A DNA stretch of 37,505 nucleotides from a virus (Duplodnaviria > Caudoviricetes), in the IMG/VR virus record IMGVR_UViG_3300013767_000208, positions 1 through 37,505 of that record, one strand, 5' to 3'. The position numbers and the translations under genes are program-made. Positions 17,730-26,976 of the stretch are shown in pieces. How positions within the stretch are numbered: position 1 is the first letter of the stretch; every line of letters starts with the position of its first letter. Under the pieces are notes generated by a model, which was not told where the DNA came from, searched no databases, and saw only the letters and a program-made list of their open reading frames with translations.

Positions 17730-18206
17730 CTAGGGCGCCTCTTCTGGCTCGGGCGTTTCAGCCGTGTCGGGAGCCTCGGCAGCTTTGGCCATGTCTGGCG
17801 AGGCTGGCCACTCCGGTGCCCTCACGTCGACCCGGCTCAGCAGCAAGCGGTAGCGGCGCCATGCGGTCAGGGCCTCGCGTTCGTCCTCTGTCGCCATGCC
17901 AAGGTCGACCGCGTCTTGTAGCACGGCGATACGTTCGGTCGCGGCGCGAAGATAGGCATCGCGCAGCACGGTGACTCTCTCGGTGGATTGATCGGGGGTG
18001 GGCGGGGGAGGTTCGACGAGTCGCGGGGTGCCGTCGTCCAATACCTGCATGCGCAAGCCCTTCTCCTGTCCGCTCAACAGGTATTCATGCGCGTCAGGCG
18101 TAATGGCGATCGCATCGGCAGGAATGCTGTCGTCTGGGTTGATGCCGCGCGTATAGAAGGCGACGACGAAGCGGTCGGAATCGACCAGGGCGAGAATCTG
18201 TTGCAT
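17730..18206 (-). CDS. Tail fibre assembly protein
   Basis: IPADAIAIT...LLSGQ..G; ERIAVLQDAVDLGMATEDE...AWRRYRLLLSRVD...WPASP. Confidence 0.9.
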   Translation of the reverse strand: MQQILALVDSDRFVVAFYTRGINPDDSIPADAIAITPDAHEYLLSGQEKGLRMQVLDDGTPRLVEPPPPTPDQSTERVTVLRDAYLRAATERIAVLQDAVDLGMATEDEREALTAWRRYRLLLSRVDVRAPEWPASPDMAKAAEAPDTAETPEPEEAP

Positions 18207-18209
18207 GGA

Positions 18210-20858
18210 TCAATCTCCGTAGGCTGTCCAGAAGAATGGGACAGGTGTGTCGACCTTGTCATAGACGGCAATGCCACCAAGGTCGACGGCGGCGCTGAAG
18301 CCGCGCTTATCGGCGGCGCTGGTACGAATCGCCATCGAAGGACCGCCCGATTTCGTAACTGGACCATTGAGCGTGCAGACCACGCTCCGGACGTTGTTCG
18401 GAAAGGAGTTCGGGAAGGTGACAACGGTGGCTGCCAATCCGACATAGCTGGCAGGAACGACCGCCATGCCCAACTGGGTGATCAGGCCGCTCGGCAGTCG
18501 CTGGTAGGCATTGGCCGACAGGCTCGAAAGAAACTGTCCGGACTGAACGAGCGCCGCCGAGCCGCTGGCGATCCACCCTGCGATGGTGGACACAAAGATG
18601 CAGTTGTCGCCAGCCAACAGGGAAATGCCCGTCAGATTGGAACCGTTGACCGAAATGAAGTCGTTCCCCTGGCGGGCGAACGTGGCCGGCGCTCCTAAGT
18701 TCTGCGCGGCGATGATGATGCCAGGCGGGACGGTGGACGCGAGGGGAAGCGTCAAGGTCATGGCGGATGCCGACGCCAGGTGCAAGAAGCGACCTGCGTG
18801 ATCCTTGGCTGTCAGCGCTCCGCTGGCCACGATCTTCAGGACTCCGGCGAACCTCTGGCCCTGCGACGAGGCCCATTCCGTGGTCGCCAGGCGCTTGCTG
18901 TTGTCGAACTGGGGGGCAGTCGGCGCGGTAGGTTCCCCAGTGAATTCCGGGGATGCCAGAGGCGCGCGCGACGTATCGCTGGCGTGGGCGTGGTCCTCGC
19001 GGGCGTACCGCTTGGAGACGCCGACTGCCGGCACGCCGTCCATCTTCGGCAAAACGCCAGCACCCTGCCCGAGCACGAACGCCGTGGTGGCGAGCTGCGT
19101 AGTGCCGGTGTCGGCGGGAGCAGTGGGCGCCGTCGGCTTTCCAGTGAGGTCGGGCGATGCGAGCGGCGCCTTTGCGGCGAGCGCCTTCGTCATGGTCGTC
19201 GCAAAGTTGGGGTCGTTTCCGAGCGCGTCGGCAAGCTCTCTGAGGGTATCGAGCGTACCTGGGGCGGAGGCGACCAGAGCCGCTATGGAGTTCGCGACGA
19301 AGGCGGTTGTGGCGACTTGCTTGCTGTTCGAGCCAGTGGCAGCGGTTGGGGCCGTCGGCGTGCCGGTGAAATCGGGTGATTCGGTGTAGGCGGCCTTCTT
19401 CCACGCGTCCCAATCGTTGTTGTATCGCGTGCGATACCACATGCCGCGTGTAAGAAGCTCTTGATAGGTTTGGAACGTCTCGTTCAGATGGGTGTAGACG
19501 GTCAGGAGGCCCGCATAGGCAACGGGGTAGTTGAGTGCGAGGGCTGCGTTGCCGGCGGTGTTCTGGATGTAGACGCCGGTTTCAGTGACTGTGTTCAGGT
19601 TGGTGCCGGCCGGGATCATGCCACGGTTGGGCATGGCATTCTCCAGCACGAAGGCCGTAGAGGCGATCTGCGTGGTGTTCGTGCCGGCGGCCGCGGTTGG
19701 CGCAGTCGGCTTTCCGCTGAAGTCCGGGGATGCCAACGGGGCGCGCGTGGAGTCGGTGGCGTGGACATGGTCCTCGCGGGCGTACCGCCTGGAAACGCCG
19801 ACGGCCGCAGCGCCGTCCATCCTTGGCAGCGCGGTAGCGCCCTGGCCGAGCACAAACGCCGTGGTTGCCAGTTGCCTGGTGTTGGTGTCCTGTGCGGGCG
19901 TGGGTGCGGTTGGCGTGCCGACCAGGTCCGGGCTATCGGTGTAGGCAAGCTGCTTTGGCGCCCCCCAGGTGGCGTCTGCCGGATTCGCGCGATAGTGGAA
20001 GATCGCCTGCGCATTGCCGCTAATCTTCGTGAACAACAAAGCGTTCAGGTTACCGCCCGTCGTGTCTGCGTAGCTGTTCAACGTCAGGAAGTCGCCATAG
20101 TCCAGGCCGACACCGCCCGTCTCGACACCGGTCCTGCTAACGAAGTGCGAAGAGAGGGTGGCCTTCGCGATAGCGGACGGCGGCACGTTGCGCACCTGGT
20201 TGGCCCGGAGGGTACCCAGGTTCTGGACGAAGCTCGTGGTGGCAATCTGCGCGCTGTTTGTTCCCGGTGCAGCCGTTGGTGCGGCCGGCACGCCCGTGAA
20301 AACTGGCGATTCATTGAAGGCCAAAACCCGCCACGGTTGCCATGCGCCGTTGTAGTAGGTGCGATGGTAGACACCTGTGTTGAGGTGTGCGTGATATTCC
20401 TGGTAGGTCATCACGTCATACCGGACGACGCGCAGCATCCCCGCGCTATTGAGTGGGTAGTTGAGGGTGGTCTTGGCGTTGGCGCTCAGGTTCTGGACGT
20501 AGTAGCCATTGTCCAGAAGCGTGTTCAAGTCGGCGTCTGTCGGAACGAGACCGCGATACGGCACGGCGTTGTCCAACACGAAGCCCGTGGTGGCAATCTG
20601 TTCCGTGTTCGTGCCGCGCGCCGCTTTCGGCGCCTTCGGGGTGCCGGTCAGGGTAGGGCTCTCTTTCGGCGCGTACTGACTGTGCGGATCCTTGGCGGAG
20701 GCATGGTCTTCGGCCACCTTCTTGAGGTAGAGGGTGCGGTTGCCGAGCTGCTTGGCTTGAAGGTTGTCGATACCATCGGGGCCGCCGATGACCTGGTCGG
20801 AGGTTTCGAGCTGGTAAATGCCCGGCTCCCACAGCGCCTTTTCGGTCAGATTGCTCAT
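18210..20858 (-). CDS. gpH: Tail fibre protein with internal repeats and knob-like domains
   Basis: Seven SPxxTGxPTAPT...QxATTAFV repeats; APGTLDTLRELADALGNDPNFATT; C-terminal YQRLPSGLITQLG domain. Confidence 0.93.
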   Translation of the reverse strand: MSNLTEKALWEPGIYQLETSDQVIGGPDGIDNLQAKQLGNRTLYLKKVAEDHASAKDPHSQYAPKESPTLTGTPKAPKAARGTNTEQIATTGFVLDNAVPYRGLVPTDADLNTLLDNGYYVQNLSANAKTTLNYPLNSAGMLRVVRYDVMTYQEYHAHLNTGVYHRTYYNGAWQPWRVLAFNESPVFTGVPAAPTAAPGTNSAQIATTSFVQNLGTLRANQVRNVPPSAIAKATLSSHFVSRTGVETGGVGLDYGDFLTLNSYADTTGGNLNALLFTKISGNAQAIFHYRANPADATWGAPKQLAYTDSPDLVGTPTAPTPAQDTNTRQLATTAFVLGQGATALPRMDGAAAVGVSRRYAREDHVHATDSTRAPLASPDFSGKPTAPTAAAGTNTTQIASTAFVLENAMPNRGMIPAGTNLNTVTETGVYIQNTAGNAALALNYPVAYAGLLTVYTHLNETFQTYQELLTRGMWYRTRYNNDWDAWKKAAYTESPDFTGTPTAPTAATGSNSKQVATTAFVANSIAALVASAPGTLDTLRELADALGNDPNFATTMTKALAAKAPLASPDLTGKPTAPTAPADTGTTQLATTAFVLGQGAGVLPKMDGVPAVGVSKRYAREDHAHASDTSRAPLASPEFTGEPTAPTAPQFDNSKRLATTEWASSQGQRFAGVLKIVASGALTAKDHAGRFLHLASASAMTLTLPLASTVPPGIIIAAQNLGAPATFARQGNDFISVNGSNLTGISLLAGDNCIFVSTIAGWIASGSAALVQSGQFLSSLSANAYQRLPSGLITQLGMAVVPASYVGLAATVVTFPNSFPNNVRSVVCTLNGPVTKSGGPSMAIRTSAADKRGFSAAVDLGGIAVYDKVDTPVPFFWTAYGD

Positions 20859-21421
20859 GCTTTGACGATTCCTCGGTTGAACTGCCCATTGCGCGTTGCG
20901 ATGCCGTTGCGCCGGATTGGCACGGCGCTGTAGTCCAGGGCCGCTAGGGCACTACGCGCGGGCGCGTAGCGCTCAATGGCGGCGCGTAGGTAGTCGGCCT
21001 GGTCGCGGGTGATGGGCTGCCGCAGCTTCACGATGTACTCGGCCCACGCGCTCTCGCGGCCGTGGACGTAGTCCCCATTGCGCGTGGCGCGGCCGTCGCG
21101 CCGGCGAATGCGCCGGCCCTCCACGATCTCCACTTCGCCGAAGCCCAGGCGCCGAATGACTTCTCGCACGGCCCAGGGCGTGCCCTTGCGCATGTGCAAG
21201 GGGATGGCGCCCTTGTAAAGCGCCCGGCGCGCATCCTCAGACTCGGCCAGCTCCCAGCCATCGACACCGAATTGCCATGCCATCCAGGGCAGGGCGCTGC
21301 TGGGGCAGTCGTCGGGGTCGTACAGGGCGGCGATGGGGACGTCCAGCGCCGTGGCGTCAGCATTGGCGCGCGCGAGGTTGCGCTCGAGCGGCGTCGCGTT
21401 CGGTGGTAGCAGGTCAGTCAC
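20855..21421 (-). CDS. gpI: Baseplate/tail protein I
   Basis: Likely GTG start at 21421 (VTDLLPPNATPLER); CPSSALPWMAWQFGVD; HMRKGTPWAVR. Confidence 0.9.
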   Translation of the reverse strand: MTDLLPPNATPLERNLARANADATALDVPIAALYDPDDCPSSALPWMAWQFGVDGWELAESEDARRALYKGAIPLHMRKGTPWAVREVIRRLGFGEVEIVEGRRIRRRDGRATRNGDYVHGRESAWAEYIVKLRQPITRDQADYLRAAIERYAPARSALAALDYSAVPIRRNGIATRNGQFNRGIVKA

Positions 21422-22319
21422 AGAAGCCTCCGTGCTCGATCGCCGAGCCCACGCAGTAGGCGGCTTGGGTGGTGCCGATTGCGACGCCGGCCGCCGGTTC
21501 AAGCAGCACCACGCGCTCTACGCCCTCGACGTGCAGGGCGGCCTTGAGCCCGGATTCGGGGATCGCGCGCCGAATGCGGCGCATGCGGGCGACGTAGGTC
21601 GCGAGCCTCGCGCGTGCGGCGTCGAGCAAGATCCCAGTATCGAAGCCGCGGTAGGTCACCAGCTTGGCCTGCACCCGGTAGCGCACGATTTGCGCGCTCT
21701 TTGCTCGCACCGTGTCATTGAGGGGGCGTAGCGTCTCGTCGGAGAGCGCTGCGGTGACTGCTTCGCATAGTGCCGGTGCAGCGGTGCCATCGCCATCCCG
21801 AGCGAGGATGGTCAACAGGATCTCGCCCGGTTCCGGGCGGGAAACCGCGACGTCAAGAATGCTGCCGTCGACGGCTCGCGCGTGCGACTCGTAGGCGGCG
21901 GTTGGCCCGGCCACCGAGAAGCCATGCGGTGCGAGTTGAACGCGCTCGCAGAGGCTCTCGTCGTCTTCCATCACGGCCGGTGCGTCGGTTTCCGGGTTGG
22001 CCGGCGTGACGGTCAGCCGCTCCACGCCAAACAGCGCCGCGATGTGCTCCAGGTCGCCGCCCTTGGCGAAGGCGAGCATGCGCGCCCGGGCCGCGTCGTT
22101 GATGCGCTGGCGCAGCACCAGCTCCAGGTAGGCGTTCTCCTGCAGCAGCTTCACCGCCGGCTCGGACTCCAGCGCCAGCGTGGCCGCGACGGCGGGCTGC
22201 TCGTCGGCCGGGAAGTAGGACAGGTAACGCGCCTTGCGCCTGGCCAGGATGGTCTCGTAGTCCAGCGTTTCCACCACCTCGGGCGGAGGCAGGCGGGACA
22301 GGTCGATGAGGTTGCTCAT
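21414..22319 (-). CDS. gpJ: Baseplate assembly protein J
   Basis: IDLSRLPPPEVVETLDYE...LESEPAVKLLQENAYLEL...SVAGPTAAY...RPLNDTV. Confidence 0.95.
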   Translation of the reverse strand: MSNLIDLSRLPPPEVVETLDYETILARRKARYLSYFPADEQPAVAATLALESEPAVKLLQENAYLELVLRQRINDAARARMLAFAKGGDLEHIAALFGVERLTVTPANPETDAPAVMEDDESLCERVQLAPHGFSVAGPTAAYESHARAVDGSILDVAVSRPEPGEILLTILARDGDGTAAPALCEAVTAALSDETLRPLNDTVRAKSAQIVRYRVQAKLVTYRGFDTGILLDAARARLATYVARMRRIRRAIPESGLKAALHVEGVERVVLLEPAAGVAIGTTQAAYCVGSAIEHGGFCD

Positions 22320-22678
22320 ACCGAGGCCTCCCGCAGCGGCACCGTCAGGGTGCCCATGCTGGAGCGCCGAAGGCCGTCCACGCGATCAGCGTCGATCTCG
22401 ACAGCCGCCGCGCCGGCGCTGCCCATCTCGAAGCGGACGGCCTTGATGGCGATTCGGGGCTCCCAGCGCACCAGGGCGGCGACCGAAGCGGACATGACAC
22501 GAAGGCGCGTGACGCCGTTGAGCGGCTGGTCGATCAGGTCGGGCACGTCGGAGCCGTAGTGGCGTCGCATCGTGCGCGTGCCGATTGGCGTGGTGAGAAT
22601 GTCGCGCACCGATTGCCAGATGTGGTGGAGGTCGGACAGTGCCCGGCCCGTGCGGTTGTTCATGCCGAGGTAGCTCAT
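22316..22678 (-). CDS. gpW: Baseplate wedge protein W (GPW/gp25 family)
   Basis: MSYLGMNNRTG...HIWQSVRDILTTPIGTRTMRRHYGS...WEPRI. Confidence 0.93.
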   Translation of the reverse strand: MSYLGMNNRTGRALSDLHHIWQSVRDILTTPIGTRTMRRHYGSDVPDLIDQPLNGVTRLRVMSASVAALVRWEPRIAIKAVRFEMGSAGAAAVEIDADRVDGLRRSSMGTLTVPLREASV

Positions 22679-23292
22679 CGCGTGCCCTCTGTCCATTCGT
22701 TGCCGCGTTGGACGCCACCGTGGCCGTGGTCATCTACCACAGTTCCGTTGGAAGACATCTTGCCGTCCTTGTGGGTGAAGTCGCCGCGCACGATGTTGCC
22801 GTTTTTGCCGCCCTGGCCAGCAATACCGTTCTGGTAGGACAGCAAGCCCTTGACGGTGACGTTGCCGTCGAAGGTGGTGTCAGGGCATTTCACCAGCACG
22901 CTGGCGGCGGCCTCCAACACCACGGTCCTGACGCCGGTCACGAAGAGCGCGCTGGCCGCATGGTTGTAGGTGGTGCGCGCACCGTCCGGATACTCCGTAA
23001 CGGTCTCATCCTGGCTGTGGCTGGGCACGTCGTTGGCATCCGTGGGGATGCCGGTCAGGACCACAGCGTTGCGCAGGTCGCCGCTCGGGCTGAACAGCAG
23101 CACCTGCTCGCCTTTGGTGGGCGGGCTCCAGGTGCGGGTACGGCCGGCGCGGCGCTCGGCCCAGGGCAGCCAGTCGGTGGTGATTCCGCCCGTACGCACG
23201 CGCACGCGCGGCGGCTTGCCGTGCTGAGTCTCGGCAACGGTACCGAGGCGCAGCAGGTTCTCGATCAGGCGGGCAATTTCTGCGAAGTCCAT
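22675..23292 (-). CDS. gpV: Baseplate spike protein V
   Basis: RLIENLLRLGTV...TDWLPW...RAGRTRTWSPP..GEQV; C-terminal HGHGGV metal-binding motif. Confidence 0.95.
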   Translation of the reverse strand: MDFAEIARLIENLLRLGTVAETQHGKPPRVRVRTGGITTDWLPWAERRAGRTRTWSPPTKGEQVLLFSPSGDLRNAVVLTGIPTDANDVPSHSQDETVTEYPDGARTTYNHAASALFVTGVRTVVLEAAASVLVKCPDTTFDGNVTVKGLLSYQNGIAGQGGKNGNIVRGDFTHKDGKMSSNGTVVDDHGHGGVQRGNEWTEGTR

Positions 23293-23336
23293 GGCCGCCA
23301 GAGTGCCGTGCGCGCGCGTGGTGGTCACGCGGCCGG

Positions 23337-23361
23337 TGTTGTGGCACGGGGCGGCACAACA
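23337..23361. promoter_or_regulatory. Late promoter activator (Ogr) dyad upstream of the V operon
   Basis: TGTTGT-N13-ACAACA. Confidence 0.8.
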
Positions 23362-23376
23362 GGGCGCTGCGAGGCG

Positions 23377-23832
23377 TTAGGGTGCGACGTGGGCCAGTAC
23401 CAGGTCGGCGAGCCGTTCGACGTCGGCATCATCGAAACCGAGCAACTCGCGCTGCGCGTACTGAACCTGCAGGCCGGCCTTGTTCACGCGGTCGCGCAGG
23501 CCGAAGTGGTGCACCTTGGCGATGCGCTGTGCGCTGGCGGCGACGGTGATGGCTGCCGAGCCCGCATCGGACTCGGTCTTGAGAAAGCGCGCGGTGCGCA
23601 GGCGCATGAACATGGCGCGGCGTACGCGGCCGGCCCGCAGGCGGAGCTGCGGCTTGCGGGGCGCGTAGGGGGTGCCGTCCGGGTTGCGCTGCTCCGCGAT
23701 GCGCGCGGCATTGCGCCGGCGCAGGTCGGTCGCCACGGCGCGCAGCAGCGACCGGCGGGCCGTCGGCTCCAGCCGCGCCAGGAAGGCACTCGCCCAGGCG
23801 GTGAGCTGTTCCAGGTCGGTGGCTGTGCTCAT
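23377..23832 (-). CDS. gpS: Tail completion / virion morphogenesis protein S
   Basis: RIAEQRNPDGTPYAPRK...MFMRLR...IAKVHHFGLRD...YAQRELLG. Confidence 0.93.
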   Translation of the reverse strand: MSTATDLEQLTAWASAFLARLEPTARRSLLRAVATDLRRRNAARIAEQRNPDGTPYAPRKPQLRLRAGRVRRAMFMRLRTARFLKTESDAGSAAITVAASAQRIAKVHHFGLRDRVNKAGLQVQYAQRELLGFDDADVERLADLVLAHVAP

Positions 23833-24269
23833 GGCGTCACCGGCCGCCAGGTGGCCGGATCGTCGTGCTCGTTGATCGGCTCGTCGTGGTGCTGGATTCG
23901 GTAGCCGGGGCCGTCCACGGTGACAATGACGCGTTCGGTCAACGGCAGCTTGATCGCCAGGTCGACAGCGCTGTGGTTAAGGATCTCGGCCTCAAAGCGA
24001 AAACCGTCGCGCCGCTGGTCGGGATTGAAGAACAGCTCGGGCTGGTTGACGCGCAGCCAGGCCAGCAGCGGCACCATGATGGCGTCGGAGCTGTCGGCGA
24101 AGTCCACCACGATCAGTGTCAGGGTGTACTGGTATTCGAAGGACAGCGTCTTGCCGCCGCCGGCGACGACGCGCCCCTCGTCTGCGAAGAGGTGCAGGCT
24201 TTCGGGGTTGCGTGCGAGGCTGGGCAGGGCTGCGGTAAGCGCGGCCCGCAGGCTGTTGGGCTTCTTCAT
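23829..24269 (-). CDS. gpR: Tail completion protein R
   Basis: MKKPNSLRAAL...SFEYQYTL...LLAWLRVNQP...LPLTERVIV. Confidence 0.93.
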   Translation of the reverse strand: MKKPNSLRAALTAALPSLARNPESLHLFADEGRVVAGGGKTLSFEYQYTLTLIVVDFADSSDAIMVPLLAWLRVNQPELFFNPDQRRDGFRFEAEILNHSAVDLAIKLPLTERVIVTVDGPGYRIQHHDEPINEHDDPATWRPVTP

Positions 24270-24778
24270 GGCTGGCTGGGCTCCCCGATGACGGTCACGT
24301 CTTGTTCGCGCAGGATCTGCTGGAGCGCGCTCAATTGCTCGACGTTGGCCCCGCAGGCGGTGTAGTTGCCGGCGACGGTGCTGGCGACGGCAGAGAGTGC
24401 AAGGCCCGAGGGGGCCGCATCAGCATCTCCGGCACTCGGGTCGAGCAGGGTGCCGGTGGCGGCGGCGTCGTGCAGGCGCACAAAGCCGACAGGCACAATG
24501 CAAGCGGCATCAGCTTGGGCAGGGACATAGCGCGGGATCTCCTTGATGATGGTGTCGCCCTTGACTTCGACGGTGCGCACGCGGTCCACGTAGCGGGTTA
24601 CGGTGACCACGCCGGCCTCGGTGCTGTCGAGCTGGGCGCGCAGCGAGGCGGCGGAGGTCTCGGCGGTGTCCGCGCGCTGCAGGGCGGCACGGTAGCGGTT
24701 GGTCAGCCAGGCGCCGCCGCCGGCCGCGGCGGCCAGCGTCAGGAAGCCGGCCAGGGCGATGGCGAGGGGGCGGTTCAT
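24266..24778 (-). CDS. Inner-membrane spanin (Rz/LysB-like)
   Basis: ATG 24778, MNRPLAIALAGFLTLAAAAGGGAWL TM, then coiled coil and VTRYVDRV...IIKEIPRYV...CIVPVGFVRLHDAAA; directly after the endolysin. Confidence 0.85.
   Translation of the reverse strand: MNRPLAIALAGFLTLAAAAGGGAWLTNRYRAALQRADTAETSAASLRAQLDSTEAGVVTVTRYVDRVRTVEVKGDTIIKEIPRYVPAQADAACIVPVGFVRLHDAAATGTLLDPSAGDADAAPSGLALSAVASTVAGNYTACGANVEQLSALQQILREQDVTVIGEPSQP
24331..24528 (-). CDS. Outer-membrane lipoprotein spanin (Rz1-like), fully embedded in the Rz gene in another frame
   Basis: Signal peptide and lipobox MSLPKLMPLALCLSALCA-C, followed by a Pro-rich mature part. Confidence 0.78.
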   Translation of the reverse strand: MSLPKLMPLALCLSALCACTTPPPPAPCSTRVPEMLMRPPRALHSLPSPAPSPATTPPAGPTSSN

Positions 24779-25581
24779 GCGGCCGCCTTGGCTTCTGCGC
24801 TGTAACGCTCGAAGGCGCGCGCCAGCTTCACGTCGTACAGGTTCTCCTTGTAGGCCTGGCCGTTGTAGAGGCGGGCGAACTTCGACCACTGCTTGGCCTT
24901 GAGTGCGCGGTGAAGCGCCGCGTCGGTGTGGATGAATCGCACGAAGGCGTCCAGGTGCATCCCCTCGGAAAGCCGCATCGCGTCGGAGTATGCCTGCACG
25001 CTGGCGAAGCCCAGGCGCTCCCAATGGAAGCCCATGATCTGGAAGACGCCCCAGCTTGCGGACGCAAGGGCGCACGCCGCGTCGATGCGCCAGGCGTTTG
25101 CCAGGCGCATATGCTCGCCGGCCCCGCCGGTGTAGCCGCCGCGCTGTGTGTTGACCAGGTTGGGGAAGGCGCGCGCCAGTGCGGCGGCGTCGTGGCCAGC
25201 GGCGGCGAGTTGGCGGTACATGATGTGCCGCTCGAACAGGATTTTCGGCCGGCCGTCTGGCAAGAACCCGGCACCCTTGCTCTCCACCTCGTTGACGGCG
25301 CGAACGGCGGCCAGGGGTACACCCAGCACGTCTGCGGCCCGCTGCAGATCGGCCATGCCTAGGTGTCCTGGTGCCTTGCCGTCAGCCTGCAGAGCTAGCA
25401 GGGTCTTCGGCCCGGCAATGCCATCGACCACGAGGCCATACCGGGCCTGCACCGCACGCACGGCGGCGAGGGTCTCGTCGTCGTACTCGGCCGTCATGTC
25501 GAGGGTGGCGCCGCGCAGGCGCAGCAACCGCTGCAGCTCGCGCACCTCGGCGCCCAGGTCACCGCGTCGCAGGATGGTCAT
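24775..25581 (-). CDS. Endolysin: peptidoglycan-binding domain plus N-acetylmuramidase (DUF3380-type)
   Basis: LRRGD.G.EVRELQRLL...VDGIAGPKT; AVNEVESKGAGF...KILFERH; SASWGVFQIMGFHW; FARLYNG. Confidence 0.93.
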   Translation of the reverse strand: MTILRRGDLGAEVRELQRLLRLRGATLDMTAEYDDETLAAVRAVQARYGLVVDGIAGPKTLLALQADGKAPGHLGMADLQRAADVLGVPLAAVRAVNEVESKGAGFLPDGRPKILFERHIMYRQLAAAGHDAAALARAFPNLVNTQRGGYTGGAGEHMRLANAWRIDAACALASASWGVFQIMGFHWERLGFASVQAYSDAMRLSEGMHLDAFVRFIHTDAALHRALKAKQWSKFARLYNGQAYKENLYDVKLARAFERYSAEAKAAA

Positions 25582-25900
25582 GGCATGCACTCCGCAGGAA
25601 TCGAAGGAAACGGGAGCCGCTGCTATCGCAGGCGCCGGTCACGCGGAACAGTTCCACCACGTTGCCGCGCACGGCGAATACCGCGAGGCACAGGACTGCG
25701 GTCAGGCCGTTCTGTGCCAGCAGCGCCCACTCGTAGCGGCCGAACAGCACGCCAATGGTGACGGCGCCAGCCAGCACCGTCAGCGCGTAGGCCAGCCGCG
25801 CGGCCCAGGGCCGGTGGGATGCGCCGTCGCGGCGGAAGCAGATCAGGCGCGCGGCGATCAGCGCGCACAGGACGGCCTGGATCACGTAGAGGAGCTTCAC
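25559..25900 (-). CDS. Holin-family membrane protein
   Basis: About 3 TM segments, ending AVRGNVVELFR; directly upstream of the endolysin. Confidence 0.8.
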   Translation of the reverse strand: MKLLYVIQAVLCALIAARLICFRRDGASHRPWAARLAYALTVLAGAVTIGVLFGRYEWALLAQNGLTAVLCLAVFAVRGNVVELFRVTGACDSSGSRFLRFLRSACHDHPATR

Positions 25901-26289
25901 TTGTTGCCTCCTTGGCTGTTGTTGCCACGAATGAGCGCGAGCAGGCGGTCGCTGTTGTCCGCCAGCCGGATCAGCGCGCGCAGCAGCTTGACCAGCACGG
26001 CCGAGGCCACCAGGGCGCCCACGCCGTGGCTTACCTCGGCTTCGGTTGGCAGCGCCTTGGCGAGCAGCGTGGCGGCCAGCGGTGCGGCCAGGCAGCCGGC
26101 CACGATGGACAGCACCAGGAAGGCGAGCTTCTTGGGCATCGACAGGTCGTCGGAGTTGAGGACGAACACCGCGGCGCCGGCAAAGGCGCCCAGCACGGTC
26201 GCTGCATCCACACCGGGCAGGAGAGTGATGGCGCCGACGCCGGTGACGGCGAGGGCGGTGGTGGTGCTGGTGGCGACAGGTTCAGCCAT
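25897..26289 (-). CDS. Putative holin/antiholin
   Basis: ATG 26289, MAEPVATS...VLGAFAGAAVFV...multiple TM segments; in the lysis cassette. Confidence 0.8.
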   Translation of the reverse strand: MAEPVATSTTTALAVTGVGAITLLPGVDAATVLGAFAGAAVFVLNSDDLSMPKKLAFLVLSIVAGCLAAPLAATLLAKALPTEAEVSHGVGALVASAVLVKLLRALIRLADNSDRLLALIRGNNSQGGNK

Positions 26290-26305
26290 GGTGGATTCCT
26301 TGGGT

Positions 26306-26509
26306 TCAGTCCCACAACTGCACGCGCTGCACAGCCGCTTGCGGGGGAGAGTCGGGCAGGTCGATGACCGTCCCATGCGGGAGGACCGGGCCGAGGTCGG
26401 CCAGGCCGGGGTTGGCTTCTAGTGCGGCCTCGGTGACGCCCGCCGTGCGGCCGTAGACGCGCTGGCAGATGGCATCGAGGGTGTCGCCCTGCATGGCGAT
26501 GACGCGCAT
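26306..26509 (-). CDS. gpX: Tail protein X (LysM-like)
   Basis: AMQGDTLDAICQRVYGRT...ANPGLADLGPVLPHGT...VQLWD. Confidence 0.95.
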   Translation of the reverse strand: MRVIAMQGDTLDAICQRVYGRTAGVTEAALEANPGLADLGPVLPHGTVIDLPDSPPQAAVQRVQLWD

Positions 26510-26976
26510 CAGATCAGCTCCACGGTGGTGCGGGCGATGCCCAGCAGGTCGCTGATGGCCCAGCGCGCGTCACGGCGCAGATCGTCCACCGATAGCTCGA
26601 GCTTCTCGGCGTGCCGGTCGCCGGCGGCGGTGGCGTCGTAGTCGCGGTACCGCTCGATCAGGTTGGCGCGCGCCTGGCAGTACACCGCGCGCAGGTAGCG
26701 GTGGACGTGGGCGGACTTGCCATCGACCTTCGGCGCCGGTACCGCCTCGAGGCGGGTGTGCCCCGCCGCCTGCTGGTCGACCTGCCAGGCGGCCAGCTCG
26801 CCATTGATGGACAGGGCGGCCTCGATCAGTGCGGCGCGCAGGCGTTCGGGCGTGACGGTGCCGTCTTGTCGCATGGCGGCCAGGGCATCGGCTACGACCA
26901 GGTCCGGGAAGAAGCTGTCGTTGGCGATGGTGGCCTGGTCCGGGCGGGCCGGGGCGGTGGCGATGAAGGAAGACAT
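26509..26976 (-). CDS. gpL: Head completion/stabilisation protein L
   Basis: NDSFFPD...DGTVTPERL...YLRAVY...ERYRDYDAT...DARWAISDLLG...VELI; start at ATG 26976. Confidence 0.93.
   Translation of the reverse strand: MSSFIATAPARPDQATIANDSFFPDLVVADALAAMRQDGTVTPERLRAALIEAALSINGELAAWQVDQQAAGHTRLEAVPAPKVDGKSAHVHRYLRAVYCQARANLIERYRDYDATAAGDRHAEKLELSVDDLRRDARWAISDLLGIARTTVELI

Noticed and set aside
20448-20457. ATTGAGTGGG, a 10-bp match to the guaA 3' end
   Set aside because: Inside the tail fibre gene in the middle of the prophage; not a plausible attR.
18210-20858. Diversity-generating retroelement or invertible tail-fibre cassette
   Set aside because: No reverse transcriptase, invertase, inverted partial fibre copy or adenine-specific TR/VR pair was seen; the repeats are ordinary shaft repeats.
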